A stretch of 63,971 nucleotides of DNA, filler included, from Pirum gemmata (GCA_002812295.1; 14 parts of 14 records of this genome joined end to end with filler, not necessarily neighbours in it), one strand, 5' to 3'. Shown: positions 50,672 through 62,610, counted from the whole stretch's first letter. The notes: a model not told the origin generated them from the letters alone. A program made the numbers and translations.

Positions 50672-52918
50672 ATGAAGTTTTCTACTGTTGCGATTCTTGT
50701 TGCTGTATGTCATAATGCAAATGTTAACACTGCCCAAATGATAAATAGGCAATTGACAGATTCGCAAATAGAACACAGAAATCATGTATTTGAATTACAA
50801 AACCTTAGATCACAAGGTCTTAATGAATCTGATGTGCAACAACAAACCCATTTTATAAAACGTCGCAGTGTTAATTTTGATACTGAAGAAGTAAAAGATC
50901 ATCATCATCCTCATCATCATCCTCATCATCATGATCATGGTCACGATAGTGATGTCACTTGCGGTTATGAAAATAGTCAGGCTGCACAATTACAAACTTC
51001 ATTTGTACAATATTACCCTGAAGACACGCGCGGTAGAACTGCATATAAGGAAACTAGAGGAAATAAAAGACGAGCTCGAGCTATTTATGAAGATGAACAG
51101 TATAAGAATATCAGAATCAAACCATATTGGGAGCATTTGGAAAAAAATAACCCTAGATTAGCTCCTGAAGTGAAAAAATATGTCAGCTCAGCCATTCGTT
51201 TTCTTCAAAATTTACTAAAAGTGAAACCTGTTTCCCAGCCATTATTTGCTAACCACCAATGTATCCAAGGTTTCCCAACTAATTTTGGTTATTTGAACTG
51301 TGCAGAAGGGCCTAATACCGTATATGGACTATGCGGTAATGTTCCTATTCCTAAATCCCATACGGTAAATATGTTTTTTGATAACACCGAAAGCGTTATT
51401 CAATCTCAAGAAGTACCCCAAGGCTTCGTTGATGCTGATATGGTTTTGTATGTTTCTGCGGAGGAAACTGGATGCGACGAATCAACTATCGCCTTCGCTA
51501 CTACTTGCACGAGAGATCAATTTGGAAGACCGATTCAAAATGCTATAAACATATGTCCTAACAAATTTTTTAACATTCAATCTTACACATTAAGGAATGA
51601 CGTTGTATTGCATGAGTTATTGCACGCCGTAGGATTTAGTGGGTCCAACTTGGAACACTTCACAGATCCTGTTACAGGACAAAAGCCTGATATTAATGAT
51701 ATCAAACCAATTGTTAATGGTATACCACACGTAAGAACAAAAGGTGTGGTTGAAATAATGAGAACTCACTATAATTGTAACGATTTTCCTGACGGTATGC
51801 CATTTGAACGTTTAGGGGGAGCTGGTACAGCAGGGTCACATTGGGATCAGACCATTATGAATACTGCTTTAATGACTGGTGGCTTATCTGCACATATGCA
51901 TTATTTGACTCCACTTACTTTAGCATTCTTAGAGGATAGTGGTTGGTATAAATTAGATTACTTATACGCTGGAACTTACTTGTATGGCCAAGATGCAGGT
52001 TGTGATTTACAACAAACTTGTGGTAGAGAAGATTATATTGGCCATAAATTTGATGCTAATTCACAACCACATATTAGTAATTCTGGGGTATGTTCCTATG
52101 ATAATCGGTATATTAATGGAATACATGTTGGGGGTGAATGTAAAAATGTACAACTTGAGCATTCCTCTCTTTTTGATCAATCTATGTGCGACGCTGGGAC
52201 TCGCTGTGTGAACACGTTTAAAAGTTACCAAAATATGGATATTGCAATACAGCAAAGTGCATCCTGTGCACCAATGAAATGCATAGAAAACAACGAAGCT
52301 TTGCTTATTGACCACGAAGGCCAACGATTCAAATGTATGCGCGGACAACGAGATATTTTGTTTGCTCAAAATGGGCTAGAACAAATCCAATTCAGGTGCC
52401 CTGACGTTGCTCGTATTTGCGGGTTACCTAATCATCAAAATAGTGATTTACAGTGTAAATATGGGTCTTATAGTCTTTTCGCAAAAAGGTGCATTTGTCA
52501 GAATGGTTACAAGGGGCACTACTGTGACCAACCTGACCACGATGATATTATTTCCCCAGTTCGAACTATGTCTGCGAATGTATTGGATACTGTGTGCATC
52601 AATGTTAATAACCCATCTCTGAACCTGGCTAGTTTAAATGGTAGATACCAAGCTGTAAAAAGATGTTGGGGCCAGATTTTTACTTATCAAAATGCTGCAG
52701 GAATAAATCTGTCCTTTGACTTTAGGGCTCACAAATGGGTTTTGACCAGTAGCCAGTTGCAGCAAAATGGACAAATCCAACAAAGTATTTATGCTACATG
52801 TAGTATAGGATCATATGAACCTGATGTTACTAAATGCAATGGAAATTTTGTGCAAAACACTGGTCATGCTACAAATTGGGCGGCGAATATTTATGTAGGC
52901 CCATGCGCTCCTAACTAA
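50672..52918 (+). CDS. Secreted leishmanolysin/invadolysin-like zinc metalloprotease (family M8) with C-terminal EGF-like and extra domain, intronless
   Basis: Signal-like MKFSTVAILVAVC; His-rich pro-region with TCG (Cys-switch-like); ADMVLYV, CTRDQFGRP, HELLHAVGFS (51611-51625 onward), GGAGTAGSHW, ALMTG, LTLAFLEDSGWY; C-ICQNGYKGHYC EGF motif. Confidence 0.92.
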   Translation: MKFSTVAILVAVCHNANVNTAQMINRQLTDSQIEHRNHVFELQNLRSQGLNESDVQQQTHFIKRRSVNFDTEEVKDHHHPHHHPHHHDHGHDSDVTCGYENSQAAQLQTSFVQYYPEDTRGRTAYKETRGNKRRARAIYEDEQYKNIRIKPYWEHLEKNNPRLAPEVKKYVSSAIRFLQNLLKVKPVSQPLFANHQCIQGFPTNFGYLNCAEGPNTVYGLCGNVPIPKSHTVNMFFDNTESVIQSQEVPQGFVDADMVLYVSAEETGCDESTIAFATTCTRDQFGRPIQNAINICPNKFFNIQSYTLRNDVVLHELLHAVGFSGSNLEHFTDPVTGQKPDINDIKPIVNGIPHVRTKGVVEIMRTHYNCNDFPDGMPFERLGGAGTAGSHWDQTIMNTALMTGGLSAHMHYLTPLTLAFLEDSGWYKLDYLYAGTYLYGQDAGCDLQQTCGREDYIGHKFDANSQPHISNSGVCSYDNRYINGIHVGGECKNVQLEHSSLFDQSMCDAGTRCVNTFKSYQNMDIAIQQSASCAPMKCIENNEALLIDHEGQRFKCMRGQRDILFAQNGLEQIQFRCPDVARICGLPNHQNSDLQCKYGSYSLFAKRCICQNGYKGHYCDQPDHDDIISPVRTMSANVLDTVCINVNNPSLNLASLNGRYQAVKRCWGQIFTYQNAAGINLSFDFRAHKWVLTSSQLQQNGQIQQSIYATCSIGSYEPDVTKCNGNFVQNTGHATNWAANIYVGPCAPN

Positions 52919-53102
52919 TAATTTTAAGAATTAACTGGCCATGGGTAAATAATAATAATAAATAATAAATAATAATAACAATAATAATTATAAATAATAA
53001 TAATAATAATAATTTATTATTATAAATACATACAATAGTAATCGTAAAGTAAGATAATACTTGGTTTTGAAGCATAAAATTTATGTAATAATAAAAATGA
53101 TA

Positions 53103-53299
53103 TCGTCTATTTCATTACAGTTGTCCTCGATATTTAATTTGGTACTGTTTAAGTGTATAATTAAACATGTTTATAAAATGCAACAAGTATAAAATACCGA
53201 ATTGATTAAAACAGGTCAAATAGTTTAATCATAATAATAATCTGCAGCGGGTATGTTTATTTCAGTTTTTGAACTGGACAACACTATTGAAAAACACGA
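53103..53299 (-). mobile_element. MITE family B copy between convergent genes
   Basis: TA|TCGTCTATTTCA...TGAAAAACACGA|TA, reverse complement of 28220-28416. Confidence 0.85.
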
Positions 53300-53304
53300 T
53301 AATA

Positions 53305-54759
53305 CTAATTATCCACAGGAATAGCTTGAGGAAAATTGAACATATTCATGCTATCATATTTCACTTTTAACCCTTTTAAAGCGTCAAGGTTATCACCATA
53401 GTAAGACTTCACACTATCTTGAGCGTCAATATAATTGATATAGTTTCCTATAGAAAAAGGAATAGCAACTTTTTTAATTCTTTCTACAAATTCAACTTCT
53501 CGATCAATATTTTTTTCATCGAAAAACACAGAAAAAACTTGAATCATATAATCACTATTACTACGATATGGAAGGGCAGTTTCGTTTTGTTGTAAATGGT
53601 TAATTGCACCTCCAAATGGGTCTAGCTGTAAAAATCTGTACTGCTTTTCTGGGTGTTTATCTTTGTCAGTTTCAATCCAGGCTCGATAAATAGACTCTAA
53701 AAGGTCATCAGTCACATGCTCAAACACTGCACTAGATAACCTTTTAAAGAGATTATCCTGTGGATCTTCGCGTTCATAATGGTCAATCACGGGTTTATCT
53801 AAAGCCGCATCTAAATACTGGGTGTGGTCGATGTTAAATTTGGTCTCTGGAATATCACTAAATGCTTCTTCCATTATTTTTCTTACTTGATCTTCACTGT
53901 GGTTTATAACTACACCTTTTATTTCAATATCATTATTCATAATTTGAATTCTTACTGTGAAATCTTCGCTTTGTTGGTGAGCTTTAAACGATTCTACGAA
54001 GGCCTTCATTACTCTTTTCCCATAAAAGTAACAGTTCCAGCGTGCATGAACATTTACCGCTTGTGTTGGTAATGGAGCAGTGTTAAACGTAAAGCTAGTT
54101 ACTATTCCGAAGTTACCTCCTCCTCCACCTCTCAGACCCCAAAATAACTCTGAATTCAAGTCTTTATTACAGTCAATGGCAGTACCGTTACTTAACACAA
54201 CACGAGCGCCTGCAAGTCGATCAGAATTAAAACCATATTTTCTTGCCAAAAAACCGTAACCACCACCAAGTGTGTGTCCTGCAACACCTACTGTCGGCCA
54301 AGTCCCCGCTGGTAAAACACGTCCATGTGGAGCTAGAAAAGTGTACATATTTCCGAGTATTACACCGGCACCTAATTCCACAATGCTTTTATCGTTAGGA
54401 TTAGGAAATTCCATATTATCAAAGTTTTTCATATCAACAAGAACACCTCCATCGCAAGACCCGTAGCCCTCGTATGAATGACCACCACCACGTGCACAAA
54501 CTATTAGATTGTAGCTTGAAGCATACTTCACAATTTGGATAACTTCGGCTTCGGTTTTTGGGAAGGTTATAACTTCAGGAAAGGGGTCTTTTTTTCTGCG
54601 TGGTAAAGCATTCTCTGACTTGCGGGAATTATTGTACTTTTCATTTGCATCGCATTTGTAAAGTGTTTTTACATCGGTTTGCAATTTTTCGAATGAAGAA
54701 AATGAGGAGCATCCTGCCTGTACTAACGGTAGAAATAAAATGGAGAGAGCAAACATCAT
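53305..54759 (-). CDS. Secreted berberine-bridge-enzyme-like FAD-linked oxidase (FAD_binding_4 + BBE), 484 aa, intronless
   Basis: Signal peptide; RGGGHSYEG flavinylation motif; GTWPTVGVAGHTLGGGYG; ELFWGLRGGGGGNFGIVT; C-terminal YINYID...YYGDN...L..LK.KYD..N.F.FPQ.IP. Confidence 0.93.
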   Translation of the reverse strand: MMFALSILFLPLVQAGCSSFSSFEKLQTDVKTLYKCDANEKYNNSRKSENALPRRKKDPFPEVITFPKTEAEVIQIVKYASSYNLIVCARGGGHSYEGYGSCDGGVLVDMKNFDNMEFPNPNDKSIVELGAGVILGNMYTFLAPHGRVLPAGTWPTVGVAGHTLGGGYGFLARKYGFNSDRLAGARVVLSNGTAIDCNKDLNSELFWGLRGGGGGNFGIVTSFTFNTAPLPTQAVNVHARWNCYFYGKRVMKAFVESFKAHQQSEDFTVRIQIMNNDIEIKGVVINHSEDQVRKIMEEAFSDIPETKFNIDHTQYLDAALDKPVIDHYEREDPQDNLFKRLSSAVFEHVTDDLLESIYRAWIETDKDKHPEKQYRFLQLDPFGGAINHLQQNETALPYRSNSDYMIQVFSVFFDEKNIDREVEFVERIKKVAIPFSIGNYINYIDAQDSVKSYYGDNLDALKGLKVKYDSMNMFNFPQAIPVDN

Positions 54760-56048
54760 GGTTTCAATAAACTTATGTTTTAAAAAAATTCTTATGGTTT
54801 ATTAATGTTTATTAATATTATTAATATTAAGCATATATAGCGTAATTATTAATACTGATATTATTTTATTATTGTTATTGTTATTGTCGTTGTTTTTCGT
54901 TTTTATTATTACTATTATGAGGTTTTGTGTTTTTTTTTTTTTGTTCTGCATTTTTTTCTACTTNNNNNNNNNNNNNNNNNNNNNNNNNNNNNNNNNNNNN
55001 NNNNNNNTTAATTAATTAANNNNNNNNNNNNNNNNNNNNNNNNNNNNNNNNNNNNNNNNNNNNTTCTTTTACGAATCTTGTTTTTTTATCAAAAGGATTA
55101 TTTCCACCAAGTTTCATCATCATACGAGGTGTTGGCCCGATACTTGTCTAATTAATTTTGTGAAAAAAATGGTAAATTTTTGTAGGTTCGTTGTACACAT
55201 TTTTTTTTTCTGCTTGTTCGATTTTTATACTGGGGGCCGAGATATGCCCCAACAAAGAAGGGGGCAGATACTGTTATGTATAAGTTGCGTCCACCATAGC
55301 GTTTTTAATGTTTTTTATCAAAAACTGAAAAAATATATTTTCTTGAATTTCCATAGGAACGTTCAAATATGGTCATAGACCCCGGTTTACTGCTATTCAA
55401 TAATTTGATGCAAATTTTCTTTATTATGATTATGTTCATTAAAAAAATATCCTATATCACATGTATGTTATATATGACTATTATATAATATACTTATAAA
55501 TGATTTGCTAATTATTCGGTATTATTATGTTCATTACAATATTATCCTATGATGAAGTTATTTTTAAAAATGACGAAGAAAACCCGTCTTCTTCTTCGGC
55601 TCCAAATCCCATAACTAACGCAGATTTAAAAGCTAATAAATGGGAATTAGGATTACTATTAAAATTTTTACCGTTTCAAAAAACACGGGACTAATCGTAT
55701 AAAGAACCACGTCGGAATCAGAATCAGAATATTTTCTATCGCTACTTTTTGGAAGGTGTCTAATTTGTTCAAATCAATACCACCAACGTAAATACTTATG
55801 TGTTCTTGTATGTCGGATAATTCATTTAGGAATATAAATACTCTTGTTAATTAAAACGTCTATATAATATATATATCGCATAAAGTGTCTGTATATTATA
55901 TTATATATACTATATATAGTAGTAGTATTAGTGTTAGTAGAAGTAGTAGTAGTAGTAATATTAATAGTAGTAGTAGTAGTAGTAGCAGTAATAGTAATAG
56001 TAGTAGTAGTAGCTATAGTAGTAGTAGTAGTAGTAGTAGTAGTATTAA

Positions 56049-56108
<60 letters not shown>

Positions 56109-56261
56109 NNNNNNNNNNNNNNNNNNNNNNNNNNNNNNNNNNNNNNNNNNNNNNNNNNNNNNNNNNNNNNNNNNNNNNNNNNNNNNNNNNNNNNNNNNNN
56201 NNNNNNNNNNNNNNNNNAGCAGTAGTAGTAGCAGCAGCAGCAGTAGTAGTAGTAATAGTAA

Positions 56262-56312
<51 letters not shown>

Positions 56313-57270
56313 TAGTAGCAGTAGCAGTAGCAGTAGTAGTAGTAGTTGTAGTAGTAGTAGTTGTAGTAGTTGTAGTAATAGTAGTAGTATCTCGATATAG
56401 TAGCAATAGTGGTGATGGTAGTAGTGGTGGTGGTAGTAGTATCTCGATATAGTAGTAGTAGTAGTGGTGGTGGCAGTAGTAGTAGGGGTGGTGGTAGTAG
56501 TAGGGGTGGTGGTGGTGGTATTCTTGATTGTTACTATTATATATACTTATAAATGATTTGCTATAATTTCACGTTTTAACGTTATTCTGGCAACTTTTAA
56601 TTATCGAAATTTCGTTACATTATTAATTTTATTGAAATGTGATCCAATTTGATAAATAATTATTATAGTTTGCCGGCTAAGACTGTAGAAATCTTTTTTA
56701 TTATTATTAATTTTAAGACTTCTTTTCTAAAAACCTTTAAAATTATAACTAGCCAAATTATTTTTAAAAACTGGCCATTGGTTCTTAATAGAAATTTTTT
56801 AAGTTAATATTTCCATTAACATGGCGGGTTGGCAAGATTTTTCTTATTACCAGGATCAACTAAGACATCTAGATTGGTATTTTAAACTCTTTAATCGACA
56901 TCTGGATACACTTTTTTTTTGAGCAAAATAAAAAAAATATCGGATGGTTTTAAAGTCTAAAAATACCAATCTAGATGTCTTAGTTGACAAAAATACCCTT
57001 CTAGATTCAATTCCATCTTCAGATTTTCCATCTTCAGATTTTTTTTTTACTGGTACTATAGAATATTATCACCATTATTAATGTTTTTCAATGGTGTTGT
57101 CCAGTCCAAAAACTGAACGTACCAAATTATTATTATCAGACATTTTTTAGTTAATTTGGTGTTTTATAATTAATATTGTATTTTATAAAAAAGCTCAATT
57201 ATACACTTAAACAGGATCAAATTACAAGTATAAAAATGCAACGCTGCATTTTTTCTTTCGGCACATAGAC

Positions 57271-57695
57271 AGAGGGATGAGATGACGTCATTTTACTAAT
57301 TGAAGGCTCTGGTACCAAAAGTTCGCCAAAATGAAATTTTTGTGATTAAAATTACTTTAAATAGTATAATAGCTACTATTAATANNNNNNNNNNNNNNNN
57401 NNNNNNNNNNNNNNNNNNNNNNNNNNNNNNNNNNNNNNNNNNNNNNNNNNNNNNNNNNNNNNNNNNNNNNNNNNNNNNNNNNNNNNNNNNNNNNNNNNNN
57501 NNNNNNNNNNNNNNNNNNNNNNATTTTTATGGTTTTTATTGCTATTAATGTTAACTTTATTACTTTAATTGGTATCTACTATAATTAGATTTACTATTTT
57601 AAGCTATATAAATGCTATTATTAGTAAGGAACACGGAACTAAGGTTGGCTCGATAAGCATCTGTTCGAAAAAAGTTCCAGTATACATCTCACCCC
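57271..57695 (+). mobile_element. MITE family A copy spanning an assembly gap
   Basis: GGGATGAGATGACGTCATTTTA... before the gap and ...GTTCCAGTATACATCTCACCCC after it. Confidence 0.75.
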
Positions 57696-57775
57696 GGTGC
57701 TCAGTGCTCACTGTGCTCACCCCTCCTACAGACACTCTACATAGACTACTGAACGGCGCGGGGGGGTCTATATCA

Positions 57776-58082
57776 CAGTAAAAAATCTGAAGATGGAAAA
57801 ATATGAACATGGAATTAAATCTAGAAGGGTATTTTTGTCAACTAAGGCATCTAGATTGGTATTTTAAACTCTTTAATCGACATCTTTTTTTTGGGGGCAA
57901 AATAAAGGATCAAAAAAAAAATATCGATTCAAACGATGTCGATTAAAGAGTTTGAAATACCAATCTAGATGCCTTAGTTGACAAAAATACCCTTCTAGAT
58001 TCAATTCCATNCTTAGTTGACAAAAATACCCTTCTAGATTCAATTCCATGTTCAGATTTTTCCATCTTCAGATTTTTTACTG
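57776..58082. mobile_element. Foldback/MITE family E with ~110-bp terminal inverted repeats
   Basis: CAGTAAAAAATCTGAAGATGGAAAAA...TTTAATCGACATC, a ~50-bp spacer, then the reverse complement GATGTCGATTAAAG...TCTTCAGATTTTTTACTG. A duplicated piece at the N at 58011 is probably an assembly artefact. Partial copy at ~56853-57052. Confidence 0.85.
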
Positions 58083-58321
58083 GTAGTATTGTACAATGTT
58101 AATCAAAGGAGGGATGACACTCTAATTAACAATGTACCTTTTTACCATTTAGGGTAAACATTTTACCATTTAACGTAAAAAATCTGTGCGTTATAAATAA
58201 ATAAAAAAGTAATCCATACTTGTTATATTATTATTATTATAATTATTTTGTTATTTTTACTTTATTTTTTTTTATTTAAGTATTGATTTGATTAAAATTA
58301 AAACACTTATTTTAATTTTAA

Positions 58322-59404
58322 TTAAAACATACCATTTGTTTTGTTTTGGAAAAACTTTCTCATTGATTGTAATCGCGTTTCTAAAATATGAATATCAAAG
58401 TGTGTGTGTATTTTCTTATTATTTTTCTCTATATAGACAGCATTATTATTAGTGTTTCGTAGTCCCTCTACTAAGTCAGAAGGATCAGCGTATTCATGGT
58501 ATGATTCTTCTGGAGCAGCATATTCATGGTGTGATTCTTCTGGGGCAGCATATTCGTGGTGTTTTACTTCAATTGTTTGTTGTGGTGTAATTTGTTCAAA
58601 AGATTTTTCTCCTTTTAATAACGGTTGTTTTACATGTTGTTGAGATAGTGGTGGTGCTGGCAGTGTATACCGTGGCAGAGTTTGTGATTGTTGTAATAGT
58701 TGTGAAGGGTAATATTGCATACGTTGTGGTTGTGGTTGTGGTTGTGGTTGTTGTTGCTGTAGTTGCTTTTTTGACTTTGAAGATTGATAAGGCTGGATTC
58801 TGGGTGCTGGGTTTGGTTTGTAAGCTTGGATTTGTGGTCTAACTTTAGATATTCTTGGTCTCGGTTTTTTTGTTTTTTGTTGTGGTTGTGGTTGCCGTTG
58901 TGGTAGTTGTTGTGGTAGTTGTTGTGGTTGTGATAGTTGTTGTAATTGTTGTGGTTGTTGTAATTGTGGTAGTTGTTGTGGTTGTTGTGATTGTGGTAGT
59001 AGCTGTTGTAGAAAGCAATACCCCTGCCCTTGGGTTTGTGTAGTAGCCTCTAAGTTATTTTCTAAAACATTATCATAATCAACTTCACCTTCAAATTTTG
59101 AATACGATGGGATTTTTTTATCTACAGCGTATTCTGGACATGGTTTAGTTTCCCCTGGATAAGGTGGAATAGGAGAAGGGGTCAAAGTCATGGAATCAAA
59201 CTGCTCTGCTATGAAATCAATGAAATCTTGTTCCAGTTCATTTTCATCAAATTCATACTTAATTTCAACGGTTTTGTTATTGGAGTTTCTGTTCCGACAG
59301 TTCCGACCAGAAGATTTAAAAGACATGGTTGCGTCAACATTATCAGAATAAATGTATGTACTATTATTGGAAGCCATTTTTGATTTATGATTTTTTTTTA
59401 GCAT
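58322..59404 (-). CDS. Hypothetical protein, ~350-360 aa, Q/P-rich, intronless
   Basis: Long ORF with non-repetitive acidic N-terminal and helical C-terminal segments, three HEYA(A/D)P repeats and a PPYP motif. No family recognised. The start may be the second Met. Confidence 0.65.
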   Translation of the reverse strand: MLKKNHKSKMASNNSTYIYSDNVDATMSFKSSGRNCRNRNSNNKTVEIKYEFDENELEQDFIDFIAEQFDSMTLTPSPIPPYPGETKPCPEYAVDKKIPSYSKFEGEVDYDNVLENNLEATTQTQGQGYCFLQQLLPQSQQPQQLPQLQQPQQLQQLSQPQQLPQQLPQRQPQPQQKTKKPRPRISKVRPQIQAYKPNPAPRIQPYQSSKSKKQLQQQQPQPQPQPQRMQYYPSQLLQQSQTLPRYTLPAPPLSQQHVKQPLLKGEKSFEQITPQQTIEVKHHEYAAPEESHHEYAAPEESYHEYADPSDLVEGLRNTNNNAVYIEKNNKKIHTHFDIHILETRLQSMRKFFQNKTNGMF

Positions 59405-59896
59405 TAATTTTTTTTTTTTTCAATTTTTTTTTTTNNNNNNNNNNNNNNNNNNNNNNNNNNNNNNNNNNNNNNNNNNNNTTAATTAATTAANNNNNNNNNN
59501 NNNNNNNNNNNNNNNNNNNNNNNNNNNNNNNNNNATTATTAGTACTATTATTATTGTTGTTGCTGTTGTTGTTATTATTATTATTTTATGTTATTATTAT
59601 ATGTTATTATTATATGTTACTGTTATATTATTATTATGCTAGTTAGTATATTTTCATTTATGTCATTGTTATTTTCATCAATTATTTTTTTGGAAATAAA
59701 TGAAAATAAAATTGATGTAATCATCATCATCATCATCATCGTTATTATTATTATTACTATTATTATAATTATTATTACTATTATTAATGTTATTGCTATT
59801 CTGGTTCTCGTTATTATTATCATTATTATCACACACACACACACACACACANNNNNNNNNNNNNNNNNNNNNNNNNNNNNNNNNNNNNNNNNNNNN

Positions 59897-59939
<43 letters not shown>

Positions 59940-59940
59940 G

Positions 59941-61337
59941 GTATAGATTTTCCACATGTAATGATGGTTCACTCTTTGTTGAAGAAATCAATGAACGTGA
60001 AAAGCAAACGCTGCATTTATTAGATAAACCTACTTTAACGTAATTATTCTTTTATTTTGTTATTCAAACTTGATAATAAAGAAAACAAGATTGGAGCTCG
60101 TAACTCAGAAATTTTTTGATTGGAGCTCGTAACTCATAAAAACAACATTTAAATTAAGTTATAATTTTATCTTTTATTATGTGTTTTTTAAAATTAGATG
60201 TGAAATACTTTAAAAATGTTTCCAAAAGAGCGTATCTAACGAGGCTAATATAATGATTACAATTTAAAAAAAATAAAAATAAGACGTTAACCTCTACTAT
60301 TGTTACATGTCATGTGTTTTTTACTAACTGATTAATTGATTAATTGTTAAATTTATATTACAGTAACTGGGGAAAAAACTTACCGGAGCGAATTAGAAAT
60401 AGTTATTCCTTTTGGAAAACAACAGACGGCAGCAGCGCAATTTTTACTCGAGCACATCAGTACAGTATTAGAATTTTAGAATACGTAGGGATTATTGATA
60501 AAGAATTTTCGGATTTATCGGACTTATTCCTATATAAAATTCCTAAACGAAAAAAAATGGTAATTTACTTTAAAACTTAAAAAATTATTTTTTTACACTA
60601 GCCAATCTTTTTAGATTTAAATTTTGAATTTCGAGTAGTAGTTGTTGAGCAGTTGGATTGTAAAGCTGACTTGTTGTTATGGAAAATTCTTTTATCATTT
60701 TGACTAACTTTTTATTTTTTTTTTTATTTTTTTAAATTTTGAATATAATAATATAAAATATGAAATCTAACATTTTTTTTGTTATTATATCGCCATACGA
60801 TATATATATATATATATATATATATATTGAATTTTTCGTTAGTTTAAACCCCAGTTAAAACTCCATAGATTGAAAAAATAAATGAAAAACATTAGGTTTA
60901 AATTTTTGCACTACTACGACCGTTAACAATAATATATATATATGTGTGTATAGGTTAAGTATGCAGAAATATTAGATGAAATAATGGAGCAACATTCTAT
61001 ATTAAAAGGCGGAGGTCATTCAGAAAGGTACTAAATAGAGATAAATTCTTATTATATTGTAGAATGAATGTTTCCATAATATTATCTAAAATATAAAACT
61101 TATTGAGTTTAGTAATGTTGATACTGATATAAAAAATTGCCAATCGGATGAATTTGATATTGACTTAAATTCATATTTTCACTTTTTATTAATGGAAAAA
61201 AATTGTACTATCAATACCGCTTAGTGAACTACCCCTACTATTTCCACTTTTGAAAATTGGACGTAATTCAGCGACTAAGTGTTTTTCAAAATTTGAAAAG
61301 CAGCAGTTTATTGAAATTTACCAAACTCATTTTGGAG
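59941..61337 (+). CDS. Internal 4-exon fragment of a larger gene, tentatively a DUF3638-type giant protein
   Basis: Exons 59941-60039, 60364-60559, 60954-61027 and 61225-61337 join in phase with GT..AG: ...LFVEEINEREKQTLHLLD..TNWGKNLPERIRNSYSFWK...FSKFEKQQFIEIY. LP..L...YS.W and SKFE...FI resemble, from recall only, a conserved region of DUF3638-containing proteins. Confidence 0.5.
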
Positions 61338-61360
61338 GTAACAACAACAACAATAACAAT

Positions 61361-61424
<64 letters not shown>

Positions 61425-62342
61425 TTGAATTAATTGCAACAATAAGCGAAATAAGAATCAAAAATAAAACCAGCTAAACAAATACCTTGAATTTGCTGTT
61501 GTTGTTGGTTATGAATACCCATATTCATTTCGTGAACCTGTTCAGAAGACATAGTATGATGTGGTTGTGCCAACATACTAGATTACTGGTTTGGTATATT
61601 TTGTTCTGTACCTTGTTGAGTGGACAATTTGACAGATTCATAAACTTAAAGAAGCAGTTGTTGTTGTTGGTGGTGGTGGTGGTGGTGGTGATGATGATGA
61701 TAAGGAAAAAGCTTATGTTGCCGTTGTTGTTGTTGGTAGTTCGCCAAAAGCAATTGTAGTTTAATACTAATGTAGAGATTATTTCTGCACTTTCTTCAAA
61801 AACTAAAAAGCAATAATAATCAAAATATTAAATAGTAATCTGGTAGGATTAAAAATTTTGATAGCTTAATGGATATTGTATAGCAAATAGCTAGATAATA
61901 AGTTAAAATTTAGTAATATCATAAAGAGAAATACAAATGAATTTTTATTATAATTTCTGTTACAATAAAGTGGGTATTGTTGAACTGAAGACGAATTGAA
62001 GACGAATTGAAGATGAATTGAAGATGAATTAAAAAAAAAATTAACAAAATTGATAGATAGTTATCAAGAATAAAAACTTAGTAAACTAACAAACACTACA
62101 ATATTTTTATTGAAAGATTGTGTTTGGAAGTCATAGGGTGGTGGTGGTGGTGTTGTTGTTGTTGTTGGTAGTTTTTGATGATGTTGTTGCTGTTGCTTGT
62201 AGTTGTTAGTTGTGGCCTTGGTGGTAGCGGTTTTTTGTGGTTTTTTTGTGGTTTTTGTGGTTGTGGTTGTGGTTGTGGTTGTGGTCGTAGTTGTGGTTGT
62301 GGTTGTGGTTGTGGTTGTGGTTGTGGTATTGCTCCTGCAGAG

Positions 62343-62378
<36 letters not shown>

Positions 62379-62610
62379 TATGGCTAGTTTATCAATCAAA
62401 AAAAAAAGTTACAAAACAAACCAAAACAGTTTTTTTAAATACTATTTGTTTTTTTTTTGTTTTTTGACATTTTTTTTTCTTGCTGCAGTGGTGTTAAAAA
62501 AATTAATAAAAAAAGTTTTCTTGTTGTTACGTCATCTTAATCAAGATGACGTAATATACAAGAATTAATTTTTTTCTTGGACATCTAGTCCTCTTTCAAG
62601 TCTTTCATAA

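Noticed and set aside
4481..59534. Regularly spaced TTAATTAATTAA motif every ~4.5 kb
   Set aside because: It is always centred in 100 bp of N padding, so it is an artificial linker and not a biological repeat. Cross-contig gene neighbourhoods are therefore meaningless.
61485..61760. Minus-strand Q/H-rich coding-like patch with two in-frame TAA codons, hinting at TAA=Gln recoding
   Set aside because: Well-supported genes here end at TAA (2758-2760, 52916-52918) and TAG (clpP), and long ORFs have no internal TAA. A decayed exon with CAA>TAA changes is a simpler explanation.
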